Shown here: piece by piece, positions 38,662 to 49,794 of the stretch
Layout of the letters: each line of letters starts with the position of its first letter
How positions within the stretch are numbered: the stretch's first letter is position 1
IMG/VR virus record: IMGVR_UViG_3300028198_000001
Location: 1-61,891 of that record
DNA: 61,891 nucleotides
Strand: one strand, 5' to 3'
Source of the DNA: a virus
Lineage: Duplodnaviria > Caudoviricetes
Position numbers and translations under genes: made by a program
The notes under the pieces: model-generated
What the model saw: only the letters and a program-made list of their open reading frames with translations
The model's database searches: none
What the model was told of the DNA's origin: nothing

Positions 38662-40308
38662 TTAAGCCCATGCTAATGATGTTGCGTGTACTCTTGTTTC
38701 CTTTGATCCTGCTGACTGATTATGTGTTGTAATTTTATATCGCATATCAGTACCAGAAGCACTATTTGAAAATGCTACATTGTTTGCAGTTACAATCTTT
38801 TTAGTTCCACTTCCCCAAGTACCTTTATCTACTAGTGTTGCTTGATCCCATCCTGTTCCACCATTGCGGGATACCCAAGCTTTAATATCTGTATTTAATG
38901 TTGTAGTACCTGATCCATTTTCTATTAACATACAAATGTCACCTGTCGTTGGTGCAGACAATGCTGTGTTTGCTACAGATTGAAGTGTTAGGTTTGCACC
39001 AGATGAAATAGCTGAAGTTGGTCTGCGAATTACAACAATACCAGAACCACCAGCACCAGAAGCCATACCGTTACTCCAACCACCACCACCTCCTCCAGTA
39101 TTTGCTGTTCCTGCGACTCCGTTGGTGTCTGACCAGAAACCGCCAGCCCCACCTCCGTGTGAAGTTGTGCCAAGAGTTCTTCCTGTCCAAGCAGAACCAC
39201 CGCCACCACCAGCATAACCAACAGCAGAACCTGTTATAGATGAATTTAATCCTGCACCACCATCACCCCCATTATATGGTGAAGGACAAGACCCTCCAAC
39301 TCCTGCGGCCCCACCACCACCTCCTCCGGCATATGGCCCGCTGGCTTGTCCGAATCCAACTCCCCCAGCATAACCCTGATTAGCAGTACCAGCCCCACCA
39401 GCACCAGATGAAGATTCACCACCTCCTGATCCACCTCCTGATCCACCAACTCTACCAGCAGGAGAAGCTGGATTTGCATAGTAAGAACCTCCACCACCTC
39501 CAACTGAAGTGATTGTAGAAAATACTGAATTACTACCATCGGGGCCATAACCCGTAACAGAAATTGAAGCACCACCTGCACCAACCGTAATACCTGTAAT
39601 TGTAGTAGCAGCTACTGCAAATCCTGTTGCGGTTCTAAAACCTCCAGCACCACCTCCAGCACCAGACCAACCACCGCCGGCACCACCGCCAGCAACCACA
39701 AGATATTCGTAATCTTGTGCTGTATCAGTAGTGAAAGTGCCGTTGCTTTGAGTTGTAGTCCATTTGTAATATGTATAATCTCCGTCTACAGTACCAGTAG
39801 AAGCAACAGAGCCAGTAGATGATGTAGTTACACTTGACGATGTTCCACCTTGATAATATTTTGCAATACCAGAACCACCAACTAATTCATTGGTAGAAGC
39901 ACTAGCATCAATTCCAGTTGTATCATAATATTCATCAATCACTTGGTCAATCAAATTAAACTTTGCAAGGTTGTTTGCTGTCTGAGTTTTAAATGCGAGT
40001 ATAGCAATATTATTTTCCATTGCTGATGTATCAGTTGAAACACCAGTTAAGTTACTACCATCTATTGCAGGCAGTTTTGCATTACCATCTAGTTGTACTA
40101 CATTGTTTGCCGCAGTACCAGCAGTCAATGTTGCAGCTGTTCCTAAACCAGTAATCTTTGACACAGCAATTGCGGCACCAGCTGCGACTTTAACATTTGT
40201 TATTGCATCAGCTGCTATGTCTGCAGCCGCAACAGCATTTGCAGCTATCTTAGCTGTAGTAACAGCATCATCTTCTATTGCATCTGTTTCTACTCTTTGT
40301 AATGCCAT
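38662..40308 (-). CDS. fibre/virion protein with Gly-rich (polyglycine-II-type) domain
   Basis: AVTTAKIA repeats, QLDGNAKLPAIDGS, EYLVVAGGG...GGSGIVVIR; C-terminal TSLAW. Confidence 0.8.
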   Translation of the reverse strand: MALQRVETDAIEDDAVTTAKIAANAVAAADIAADAITNVKVAAGAAIAVSKITGLGTAATLTAGTAANNVVQLDGNAKLPAIDGSNLTGVSTDTSAMENNIAILAFKTQTANNLAKFNLIDQVIDEYYDTTGIDASASTNELVGGSGIAKYYQGGTSSSVTTSSTGSVASTGTVDGDYTYYKWTTTQSNGTFTTDTAQDYEYLVVAGGGAGGGWSGAGGGAGGFRTATGFAVAATTITGITVGAGGASISVTGYGPDGSNSVFSTITSVGGGGGSYYANPASPAGRVGGSGGGSGGGESSSGAGGAGTANQGYAGGVGFGQASGPYAGGGGGGAAGVGGSCPSPYNGGDGGAGLNSSITGSAVGYAGGGGGSAWTGRTLGTTSHGGGAGGFWSDTNGVAGTANTGGGGGGWSNGMASGAGGSGIVVIRRPTSAISSGANLTLQSVANTALSAPTTGDICMLIENGSGTTTLNTDIKAWVSRNGGTGWDQATLVDKGTWGSGTKKIVTANNVAFSNSASGTDMRYKITTHNQSAGSKETRVHATSLAWA

Positions 40309-40320
40309 TCTATTTCTCCT

Positions 40321-42678
40321 TTATTTCCATGCTAAACTCGTTCCGTGTATTCTTGTTACTTTTCCTGTAGCGGATAAATTACCTGTACCAATTACAACAG
40401 TACCCGGATCAAAGTTAGTTATTTTACCATTAGCATCATAACCACTACCAGATAAATTAGCAGCTGTTAAAGTAACTTTAATATATCGTGCTGTAACAGT
40501 TGACACACCAGATATTAAACTAATAGACCCACCACTAGCAGAATGACCAGCAAAATTAATTTCTCCTGCAGCTGTTCCACTACTAACATTTGAAATATTA
40601 TTAGAATAAAGTATAGAATCTTGTGAAATACCAGACATATCCCAAGCAGAATATGTACTGTCATCAGTTGAATATGTAATGGTATATTGCATATGATCTC
40701 CAGCACCTCTATAAGTACCAATTCTTAAAGTACCAGAATTAAATATATAATTTTGTCCCATATCCCATTTTAAATAACCATTAAGAGCAGTAGTAGCAGT
40801 ACCTCGTCCGGATTCGTGATTATTGTCTGTTAATTGTGTAAAAGCTCCAGCAGAGTTATTCCATTGCCATCCAAAGTTTCCAGAATAACTTACTGTTGGT
40901 GAAAGAGCACTAAAAGTTGAAGGTGCCGTTGCTGCCGTATAACTCTGGTTCTTTGTTTCAACTTTATATCTCATACTAGTCGTTGCAGCTTCTGCTGGTG
41001 TGTTTGCAGTACCACCCATACTTGCATGATTAGAACAATAGTAATATAATGTTGGTGCAGATGCAGCCACAACAATTTGTGTATATGCATTAGCACTTCC
41101 CGGAGTTCCACTTTCTGTAACACCAGTTGTATATTCTGTACTACCAGCTGCGTCTGCCGCAGTTGCAAATTTAAATGTGTGTCCCGATATATCAGAATTA
41201 GATGTATCAAACTTATAAGTATATCCTTCAGTTAAAGTTTGAATTGCTTGTGCTGTTCCATCAACTTTAAAAGCTGTTGATAATGCTGATTGTGTTTCTC
41301 CGTGAATTAATAGTTTTGTGTTTGAATCACTAGTGAAAGCAGTTGTACTAGGTGTAAAATTTGCAGTATAACGAGCATTATTAGAAATTCTAACTTCATC
41401 AATATAACCTTTAAAGTAAGCACCACGGCCTTGTCTACCAATCCAAGGATTAGAACCATTTGATTGTAAATTTTGATTAGATGCAGTATCAGTACTATAA
41501 CTAGGTTCTGTTCCATCAACAAATATTTTTATAGAGCCACTACTACGAGAAACAGCAACATGATGCCAAGTATTTTGTGAAATTACATTGAAGGCTGTTA
41601 TTTTATCATAAGTGGAACTACCATTATATAATTCTAATCTTACTGCCCCGGTTGGTGTTAAATCAAATGTATAATCATAATTTGGACCTCCCCAAGCACC
41701 AGAACCAAAAATAACATCATCAAATGAACCAGGTGCTTCTGTACAATAAATCCATGCTTCAAATGTAAAATCATTTGTACCAAAATCAAAATCAGCATGA
41801 TCGGTTATTGCCATACCATCATTACTACCATCAAACAACATTGAATGTGTACCAAACTTTTTTTCTACAGTTGATAAAGCCGCACCACCATTTGCTGTTA
41901 ATGCATGAGCTGAACTACTGTGATCTTGATATGCACCAACAGCTGATTGTGCTGCTCGTATTGTCACATCTTTCGTCATAACAGTCCCAGGCATTGTAAC
42001 ATCATTAGCTGCATAAACATTACCACTTCCCCATGTACCTATCTTTGCCAAAGTCGTATCAACATAATTTAATGCATCTCTACTTACACCTGCTTTAACA
42101 TCTGTATTGATTGTTGCTGTTCCCAGTTCATCTTCAGTCTGTAAAACTATACTTGCTTTTGTTGGTGTACTCTCTGCTGTCGTTGTGGTTGATATAAGAG
42201 TTTGATTACTATTGGATGAACCACTATAATACTTTACACCAGCACTACCAGCTAATGTTTCATTTGTACTAGCACTTGCATCAACACCCGTTGCGTCCTC
42301 ATAGTCATCAATCACTTGGTCAATCATATTAAACTTTGCCAACTGTTCAACAGCACCAATATGTAAACCCAATCGTGATAATTGATTTTCTATTGGTGTA
42401 AAATCTGATACAATACCAGTTAGTTGAGTCCCATCCAGTACAGGCAAATTACCACTACCATCAAGTTGTAATATCTGGTTTGCACCAGTTCCAACATCAA
42501 GTCCCGCTACAGTACCAACTGCACACTTAGTATGAGCAATAGCTGCACCACTAGCAACCATAGAGTCAACGATTGTTCCATCTACTATGTCGGTGCCTAT
42601 AACTGTAGCATCAGCAACTTTTGATGTGGTTATTGCGTTGTCTGCTATCTCAGCTGTCTGTATTCTGCTTAGTGCCAT
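40321..42678 (-). CDS. fibre/virion protein with LamG-like and other carbohydrate-binding-type domains
   Basis: DFTFEAWIY...WHHVAVSR...GYIDEVRIS; TLYYYCSNHASMG module; same scaffold as 38662-40308. Confidence 0.82.
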   Translation of the reverse strand: MALSRIQTAEIADNAITTSKVADATVIGTDIVDGTIVDSMVASGAAIAHTKCAVGTVAGLDVGTGANQILQLDGSGNLPVLDGTQLTGIVSDFTPIENQLSRLGLHIGAVEQLAKFNMIDQVIDDYEDATGVDASASTNETLAGSAGVKYYSGSSNSNQTLISTTTTAESTPTKASIVLQTEDELGTATINTDVKAGVSRDALNYVDTTLAKIGTWGSGNVYAANDVTMPGTVMTKDVTIRAAQSAVGAYQDHSSSAHALTANGGAALSTVEKKFGTHSMLFDGSNDGMAITDHADFDFGTNDFTFEAWIYCTEAPGSFDDVIFGSGAWGGPNYDYTFDLTPTGAVRLELYNGSSTYDKITAFNVISQNTWHHVAVSRSSGSIKIFVDGTEPSYSTDTASNQNLQSNGSNPWIGRQGRGAYFKGYIDEVRISNNARYTANFTPSTTAFTSDSNTKLLIHGETQSALSTAFKVDGTAQAIQTLTEGYTYKFDTSNSDISGHTFKFATAADAAGSTEYTTGVTESGTPGSANAYTQIVVAASAPTLYYYCSNHASMGGTANTPAEAATTSMRYKVETKNQSYTAATAPSTFSALSPTVSYSGNFGWQWNNSAGAFTQLTDNNHESGRGTATTALNGYLKWDMGQNYIFNSGTLRIGTYRGAGDHMQYTITYSTDDSTYSAWDMSGISQDSILYSNNISNVSSGTAAGEINFAGHSASGGSISLISGVSTVTARYIKVTLTAANLSGSGYDANGKITNFDPGTVVIGTGNLSATGKVTRIHGTSLAWK

Positions 42679-43531
42679 TACTTTCTGGTAGTTGAGGTGT
42701 AAAAGTTAAGTTACTATCTGCTTCTAAATCAAACCCTAAGAAGTCAGCTTGTTGTTTTGCTACTGGTTCGTATCTATCTGCAAAGTCATCTACAAACGAA
42801 TGAAGTAATGAAGTATTTGCAACACCAGAACTTCTTTCTTCTACTAGGTATTTATCAATTTCACGTTTTGCACTAGACACACAAACACCTACTTGCTCAA
42901 GATATTCTTGATTACCACACTTTATTATTCCGTTCTCTCGAACTTCCCGTGTAGATTGTGTCATTGCTCTCTTGATATGGGACTTGACTTGTGCCTTCTC
43001 AAATTCTTCCTCAGTAATATCACCCATTCGTTCTTTGAGGTCATCGTGCATTTTAGAAAGAGTTTCAATTTCTTTCAGAGCTCCTTCGACCTTGACAAGA
43101 ACTTCAGCACCCTGATTATCAAGTTTAGCAGTTTGTACTTCTAACAACTCTCGTTTCAAGTCATCTTCTTCTTCAAGAATTTTTCTCTTTTTAATTTTAA
43201 TCTTAACTTGTGTTTCCATGAAACCAAACTTAGCTTCACTGAGAGCTTGTCGTTTACGACACATCTCTGCTGATATTTGTCGTAGTCGTGTCCAATCATC
43301 TGCCTGAGAACAAGTCAAGTTCTTAATCATAAACTGACTTCTTGACCTATCCCATATACGCTCTGTGTACTGGACTTTCTTTGCGGCTAAATCTGCGTTG
43401 TGTAAATTCTCAACAAGTGTTTTGCCACCATAAGATTTGTGTTCTACGATTGCTCCGAAAGAACGAACAACTAAATCAGTTGATTTTTCTTCTGTAGTCT
43501 GTTCTACTTCCACTCTTGTTTCTTCATTCAT
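42650..43531 (-). CDS. coiled-coil protein, propeller-array partner 1
   Basis: Helical; homologous to 58529-59341 (RQ...KR.AL.EA.F, A.KEI, EE.FE, EY.EQ.G). Confidence 0.75.
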   Translation of the reverse strand: MNEETRVEVEQTTEEKSTDLVVRSFGAIVEHKSYGGKTLVENLHNADLAAKKVQYTERIWDRSRSQFMIKNLTCSQADDWTRLRQISAEMCRKRQALSEAKFGFMETQVKIKIKKRKILEEEDDLKRELLEVQTAKLDNQGAEVLVKVEGALKEIETLSKMHDDLKERMGDITEEEFEKAQVKSHIKRAMTQSTREVRENGIIKCGNQEYLEQVGVCVSSAKREIDKYLVEERSSGVANTSLLHSFVDDFADRYEPVAKQQADFLGFDLEADSNLTFTPQLPESNGTKQNTDS

Positions 43532-43587
43532 AAACTGCTCCTATGTAAAATATTAAATGTTACTATATATATACTGTTTGTTTTTCC

Positions 43588-44739
43588 TTAGTATTGTGAA
43601 CCAGCATTAGAACCAACATTACCTATTAAATTCCCAACATCAGTAGCGTTTGCGTCTGATACCGTACTAAATTTATCAATTACATCAATCCATCCATCTC
43701 CACCGCACGCATATCCATGTGTTGTTGAAGTAACACCACACATATTACTCCTTGCAACTGTTAAATCTCCTGCATCAGTAGCATTTTGTGTCCCAGTATC
43801 AAAACTAAATTTATTTATTACAGCAATGGTTGCACCACCAGCAGCATAACCATGAGTCGTTGATGATACCTCAGCGTGCGATCCAACAGAATTTGTCAAA
43901 TCTCCTACATCAGTAGCATTTGTTTGTGATGCAAATGGAAATTTCTCAATTACATCTATACCCGGATATGGATAACCTCCAGCACAATACCCATATGTTG
44001 CTGAGTTGTGACCTGACATCTGACCTTTAGCAGCTGTCAAGTCTGCCCAATCTGTAGCATTTCCGTCTGTAGTAAAGCTAAATCGTTCAATTACATTTGT
44101 AGTTGGATAACTACCACATACAAAACCATAATTTTCTGATGATTGTCCTGCAAGCTCACTTTTTGCAACTGTTAAATTTCCTACATCGGTTGCGTTTCCT
44201 CCACCTGCAAATGACCACTTATCTATTACATCTCGCAACCCACCACCACCACCACTTGGATATTGGTATCCTCCAGAACAGTAACCATGTGTTTTGGATT
44301 TCTGTCCACAAGGGTTATCACTTCTACCATCAGAAAGATTACCAGCATCAGTACTATTTCCATCAGATGTCAAACTAAATTTTTCTATAGTTTTTGAATC
44401 ACTTCCATCTGCACCACCAACAGCATAACCATAAACAGATCCTTGAAAATTATATGGTGACACATCCCCACTACCTGCACCTACATTAGTCCATACGTTA
44501 GCACCAGCGGTTGCATCAGTACACACATACATTTCCCCACTTGTACTATTCAACCATTCTGTTCCTAGAGTTTTATTAGAATCTATTGCTGGGTCACTTG
44601 CACTTGTCAAGGGACCTGGCTTGTTTAATAGATTTGCACCAGTACCTGCAGGTATCTTTGCGTTGGCATCTAACTTAACAAGATTGTTGGCTCCACCAAC
44701 ATCTTCTATCATTGAAATGTCTACTTTATTTAATGCCAT
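43588..44739 (-). CDS. Kelch-like six-repeat beta-propeller virion protein (paralogue 1)
   Basis: Fibre-type N-terminus, CTDATAGANVW hinge, six GY.xGG...IDKF.F..DGNATDVG.L repeats. Confidence 0.8.
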   Translation of the reverse strand: MALNKVDISMIEDVGGANNLVKLDANAKIPAGTGANLLNKPGPLTSASDPAIDSNKTLGTEWLNSTSGEMYVCTDATAGANVWTNVGAGSGDVSPYNFQGSVYGYAVGGADGSDSKTIEKFSLTSDGNSTDAGNLSDGRSDNPCGQKSKTHGYCSGGYQYPSGGGGGLRDVIDKWSFAGGGNATDVGNLTVAKSELAGQSSENYGFVCGSYPTTNVIERFSFTTDGNATDWADLTAAKGQMSGHNSATYGYCAGGYPYPGIDVIEKFPFASQTNATDVGDLTNSVGSHAEVSSTTHGYAAGGATIAVINKFSFDTGTQNATDAGDLTVARSNMCGVTSTTHGYACGGDGWIDVIDKFSTVSDANATDVGNLIGNVGSNAGSQY

Positions 44740-44748
44740 TTGTTTTCC

Positions 44749-46020
44749 TTAGTATTGACAAGTTCCCTGATAACCTACTGTTCTTGTTAAATTTCCCACA
44801 TCAGTCGCATCTCCATCTGTACTAAAGCTGAACTTGTCGATTATATTATAATAAGGGTTTCTACCACCTATTACATATCCGTATGTAGTTGATGAGGTTC
44901 CTGCTGGTTGATAACGAGCTTGAGTTAAATTTCCGACATCCGTAGCATCGCCATCAGAAGCAATTGCCCATTTATCAATAACATTTGAGCTAGAACCTGA
45001 ATAACCACCACCCAAATATATATATGTTGAAGAACTAGAACCTCCACCTGCACCACTCCTGCCAACGCTTAAATTTCCCACATCCGTAGCATCGCCATCA
45101 CTACTAAAAGAATATTTATCTATAATGTTTGAGTTACCGGAACGATAACCACCCATAGCATAACCATAAGATTCAGATGTTCCACCTCCTACTTCACCTC
45201 CAGCAACAGTTAAATTCCCAACATCACTGCTACTAGATGTTGCTCCAAACGCAAATTTATCTACGACATCTGTATAAGTAGGAGAAGCACTTTCACCTCC
45301 ATTCATATATCCGTGTGTGGAAGAACTTGAACCACCAGCCGTTCTTCTTGAATGAGTTGTATCACCAACATCAGTAGCAGTTCCACCACTAACCATAGCA
45401 AACCTATCTATGATATTTGAATAAGGGCCACTAGCACCACCTTGCATATAACCATAACTGGTAGTAAAGTCCGTTGCCCCAGCCGAACCAAATCTTGCTA
45501 CTGTCAAATCTCCTACATCAGAAGAATCACCATCGGATGTAAAGCTAATTCTTTCAATATCGGTTTGATATGTGCCATTTGTTCCACCACAAGCAAAACC
45601 ATACGATTCACCTTGAAATTGTAACTTTATATCACCTGTCCCTGCTCCTACATTAGTCCATACGTTAGCACCAGCCGTTGCATCAGTACATATGTAAACT
45701 TCTCCTGAAGTTTTATTAACCCACTTTGCACCAAGTGTAGAATTTGTATCTATAGCTGGATCACTCGTACTTACAGTAGGTCCCGGAACATTAGTTAAGT
45801 TTGTAGCACTCAATGCTGGCAACTTTGCGTTAGCATCTAATTGTAATATTTGATTTGCACCAGTACCAACATCTATTCTTGCTGTTGCAAGAGTACCTGT
45901 AGTAAAAGCAGAACCAGACAGAGCCGTGACTTGACTACCATCAATAGCTGGTATCTTACTGCTACCATCTAATACGATAGTATTGTTTGCTCCAACTGTA
46001 TTTGTTACATTAACTGTCAT
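44749..46020 (-). CDS. Kelch-like beta-propeller virion protein (paralogue 2)
   Basis: Same architecture. Confidence 0.8.
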   Translation of the reverse strand: MTVNVTNTVGANNTIVLDGSSKIPAIDGSQVTALSGSAFTTGTLATARIDVGTGANQILQLDANAKLPALSATNLTNVPGPTVSTSDPAIDTNSTLGAKWVNKTSGEVYICTDATAGANVWTNVGAGTGDIKLQFQGESYGFACGGTNGTYQTDIERISFTSDGDSSDVGDLTVARFGSAGATDFTTSYGYMQGGASGPYSNIIDRFAMVSGGTATDVGDTTHSRRTAGGSSSSTHGYMNGGESASPTYTDVVDKFAFGATSSSSDVGNLTVAGGEVGGGTSESYGYAMGGYRSGNSNIIDKYSFSSDGDATDVGNLSVGRSGAGGGSSSSTYIYLGGGYSGSSSNVIDKWAIASDGDATDVGNLTQARYQPAGTSSTTYGYVIGGRNPYYNIIDKFSFSTDGDATDVGNLTRTVGYQGTCQY

Positions 46021-46029
46021 TTGTTTTCC

Positions 46030-47256
46030 TTATAATTGAATACTACCATTTCCAGGTTCACCTCTATTATGTGTCAAGTTACCTACATCAGTAGCAGTAT
46101 TATCTGAAGCAAAAGCAAATTTTTCTATTGTATCTCTATAGTACTGTCCTTGAGCACTATCACCTTTAGGAAAACCACCCATAATATATCCATGTGTAGA
46201 TGATGCATTGCCCATAGCATTTTGAGAAGTCACAGTAAGAAGTGTGCTTCCACTTGCAACGGTACTACTATCTGATGCTGTAGACATTTTATCTATTCTG
46301 GTTATACTAGGTGCAACCATTGTACCCATACACCAAGTATAACCATCTGAACTACAAGTTGCAGAAGGTATACCAGAATGAACAAGATCACCGATATGAT
46401 GTGTTGCTGTTTCTGATGAGAAACTCCACTTATGAATATATTCAGAGTTAGTACCAGCTGCTACTCCTCCCATACTATAACCATGTGATGAAGAACAAGC
46501 ACCTTTGGCATAATCTCTGCCATTAGGTAAAAGATCACCAACATTAGTTCCACCTCCATCGGTTGCAAATGAAACTTTTTCTACTTTTTGTAATGGTGTA
46601 GTCACCGCAACTCCACCTTGTACCCAACCATGAGTTTCTGAAGTACAACCACCAGCTGAACCTTGATTTGTAGATAAATCACCTACATCAGTAGTATTAG
46701 CTGGTGCAGACATACCAAACTTTTCAATCCAATTCTGATAACCACTATGGTACCCACCCATACAATAACCATGAGTTGTAGAAGCTGCACCTGCAAGACT
46801 ATCTCTAATAGATGTTAAATCACCTTGGTCTGTACTATTACCATCTGAAGCAAAAGAATTTTTATCTATACTCGCAACATCATAATAAGGGCCGGGATTG
46901 TTGGGTCGCCAATATCCACTCGCACAGAAATATGATGTTGTACAATTAACAAAATGAAACGGTGCCACATCACCTGTACCTGCTCCTACATTAGTCCATA
47001 CGTTAGCACCAGCAGTTGCATCTGTACATATATAAACTTCTCCTGAAGTTGTATTATGCCATTCAGTACCAACACCACCAGAAGGATTTGTGTCTATTGC
47101 TGGGTCACTAGCTGACGCTGTTACACCCGTGGCAACACCAGTTATCTGACTACCATCTACGGCAGGGATATTACCAGAACCATCATATACTAAAAGTTTA
47201 CTGGCAGTAATACCAGTATTCTGCATCATTGAAATGTCAATTTTAGTTAATGCCAT
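46030..47256 (-). CDS. Kelch-like beta-propeller virion protein (paralogue 3)
   Basis: Same architecture. Confidence 0.8.
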   Translation of the reverse strand: MALTKIDISMMQNTGITASKLLVYDGSGNIPAVDGSQITGVATGVTASASDPAIDTNPSGGVGTEWHNTTSGEVYICTDATAGANVWTNVGAGTGDVAPFHFVNCTTSYFCASGYWRPNNPGPYYDVASIDKNSFASDGNSTDQGDLTSIRDSLAGAASTTHGYCMGGYHSGYQNWIEKFGMSAPANTTDVGDLSTNQGSAGGCTSETHGWVQGGVAVTTPLQKVEKVSFATDGGGTNVGDLLPNGRDYAKGACSSSHGYSMGGVAAGTNSEYIHKWSFSSETATHHIGDLVHSGIPSATCSSDGYTWCMGTMVAPSITRIDKMSTASDSSTVASGSTLLTVTSQNAMGNASSTHGYIMGGFPKGDSAQGQYYRDTIEKFAFASDNTATDVGNLTHNRGEPGNGSIQL

Positions 47257-47265
47257 TTGTTTTCC

Positions 47266-48537
47266 TTAGTATTGTGAGCCTCTTAAACCTCTACGATTAG
47301 ATACAAGATTACCTACATCTGTTCCTATACTTTGTGAAGCAAATGCAAATTTACCAATATGGTTTGACTGAGTATCACCACCTCCAGCAACATAACCATG
47401 TGTTTTTGATGATGCGCCTGCATTATTCGTAGCACCAGTATGTAAGTCACACCAATCTGTAGAATTACCGTCTGTTACAAAACTAACTTTATGAACCGTT
47501 TCTGGTGCCGGCGATGCATTATTACCACCCATTAAATAACCATCTGTTGCAGTTTGACCTGCAGACCCGTAGCCAAAGTTTTGTGAACCCGGAATAGTAC
47601 CAATTAATGCAGCTGTGGTATTTGAAGCAAACGAAAATTTATCTATATTTGCATTACCACCACTTCCGTCCATTCCATAACCATGTGTTGCTGAGTTAGT
47701 ACCAACACAACCATAACGACCCGAATATAAATTTCCATGTGTTTCCTGTGCGCCTTCTGAAGCAAAAGACATACGTCTTATTCCAATATTTTGGGAATAT
47801 CCACCTAAAGTATAAACGTGTGTCGTGGAAGATGCACCACCCATAGAATTATCAGTAGTTATTAAAGAACCTACTTCAGTCCCAGTTGTATTTGAAGCAA
47901 ATGCAAATTTTTGTATTTTGTTTGATGAGCTCGGACCTGTATAACCTCCAGCATGATAACCATGAGTTGTTGAATATCCAGAACTACCTTCAGAAGAAAG
48001 TTCAAATAAATCTCCGTGATCTGTAGCATCTCCATCTGTAGCGAAACTAAATTTTTCAATTCTGTCAACCGTACCTGGCAAGTTACCACCAGCAGCGAAA
48101 CCATAATTCTCACCACCACCATGAAAAGGTGCCACATCACCTGTCCCTGCTCCAATGTTAATCCATACATTAGCACCAGCCGTTGCATCAGTACATATAT
48201 AAGCCTCTCCTGAAGTTGTGTTATGCCACTCTGAACCAACACCACCAGAAGGATTTGTATCTATTGCTGGGTCACTTGCATTCTTTGTAGCACCCGGAAT
48301 ATTTGTTAGTAGACTTGCATCAAGTGCTGGCAACTTTGCGTTAGCATCTAACTGTACAAGTTTATTTGCAGTAGTACCAACATCAATACGAGCAATTGGA
48401 ATTGTACCAGTAGCAATGTTACCAGCTGCAATAGTGGTAACTTGACTTCCATCGACAGCTGGAATCTTTCCAGTACTGTCTAAAAACAGAAATCTATTTG
48501 CTCCTACTGATGTTCCATCTACAATTATATCTGCCAT
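47266..48537 (-). CDS. Kelch-like beta-propeller virion protein (paralogue 4)
   Basis: Same architecture. Confidence 0.8.
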   Translation of the reverse strand: MADIIVDGTSVGANRFLFLDSTGKIPAVDGSQVTTIAAGNIATGTIPIARIDVGTTANKLVQLDANAKLPALDASLLTNIPGATKNASDPAIDTNPSGGVGSEWHNTTSGEAYICTDATAGANVWINIGAGTGDVAPFHGGGENYGFAAGGNLPGTVDRIEKFSFATDGDATDHGDLFELSSEGSSGYSTTHGYHAGGYTGPSSSNKIQKFAFASNTTGTEVGSLITTDNSMGGASSTTHVYTLGGYSQNIGIRRMSFASEGAQETHGNLYSGRYGCVGTNSATHGYGMDGSGGNANIDKFSFASNTTAALIGTIPGSQNFGYGSAGQTATDGYLMGGNNASPAPETVHKVSFVTDGNSTDWCDLHTGATNNAGASSKTHGYVAGGGDTQSNHIGKFAFASQSIGTDVGNLVSNRRGLRGSQY

Positions 48538-48552
48538 TTGTTTTCCTTTTTC

Positions 48553-49794
48553 TTAATATTGCGTTCCTGCCGCCCCACGCCTTGCTACGGTTAAATCCGC
48601 AACGTCTGTCGAGTTCCCATCTGACGAATAATTATATTTCTCGATTACATTATGAGTTTCCCCTCCTGCGGAGTACCCATACGTTTCAGAAGCCGAACCA
48701 GACCGTTGCCTATTGCTTGCCAATAGATTCCCAACATCAATTGAATTTCCATCAGAAGAAAAACTAAATTTCTGAATCACATTAGAACCTGTCCCACCGT
48801 GAATATATCCGTAGTCTGCCGATGATGTTCCTGTAACATAATCAAGATTACCTAACAAGTTGCCCACATCGGTTGAATTGCCATCGCTTGAAGTGGAACC
48901 TTTATCAATAATATCATAGGAGCCAAATCCACCAGAGCAATAATAATGAGTCGTAGAGGACGAACCGCCTGCCCAATCTCTGGCTTGCGTTAAATCCCCA
49001 ACATCAGTCGCGTTTCCATCAGATGAAAAAGAATTTTTATCAACAACATCATTAGTAGGCCGCCCCATGTGGTAGCCGTAGTCTTCACTAGAGGCACCGC
49101 AAATCCCTGAATTGCCAACGGTCAAGTCACCAATGTCTGCCGCATCACCATCCGATGAAAAAGAATGTTTGTCGATAACGGTATGACCTCCATCACCACC
49201 ACCACCGTTGTATCCATAGTCTGAGGATGAACAACCAGACCTACCATATACTGATATGGTCGCATTACCAACATCTGTGGCATCGCCTTCCGATGAATAC
49301 GAATATTTGTCTATTACGTTTCCAAACCCACCTGCGTAACCGTTAGAAGCATAGCCATATTGTGTCCCACCAAATGACCACGGCTGTACATCCCCACTAC
49401 CTGCTCCTACATTAGTCCATACGTTAGCACCAGCGGTTGCATCAGTACATATGTACATTTCACCACTTGTACTATTTAACCATTCTGTTCCAACACCACC
49501 TGAGGGATTTGTAGAAATTGTAGGATCGCTTGCAGAGATTGTTGCAGATACTATACCAGTTAATAGACTTCCATCAATAACAGGAAGATTTCCAGAGCCA
49601 TCTAGTTGTACCAGTTTATTTGCTGTTGTTCCAACATCTAAACGTGCTGAAGCAATAGTACCACTAGCAACATTGGAAGCATTCAGAATTGTTATCTGAC
49701 TACCATCTTTTGCTGGTATCTTACTATTAGTATCAGCAACCAATATTTGATTGGCACCGTTTACTTGACTATCTGATATAGAAATTATTGCCAT
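48553..49794 (-). CDS. Kelch-like beta-propeller virion protein (paralogue 5)
   Basis: Same architecture; the head region looks more GC-rich. Confidence 0.8.
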   Translation of the reverse strand: MAIISISDSQVNGANQILVADTNSKIPAKDGSQITILNASNVASGTIASARLDVGTTANKLVQLDGSGNLPVIDGSLLTGIVSATISASDPTISTNPSGGVGTEWLNSTSGEMYICTDATAGANVWTNVGAGSGDVQPWSFGGTQYGYASNGYAGGFGNVIDKYSYSSEGDATDVGNATISVYGRSGCSSSDYGYNGGGGDGGHTVIDKHSFSSDGDAADIGDLTVGNSGICGASSEDYGYHMGRPTNDVVDKNSFSSDGNATDVGDLTQARDWAGGSSSTTHYYCSGGFGSYDIIDKGSTSSDGNSTDVGNLLGNLDYVTGTSSADYGYIHGGTGSNVIQKFSFSSDGNSIDVGNLLASNRQRSGSASETYGYSAGGETHNVIEKYNYSSDGNSTDVADLTVARRGAAGTQY

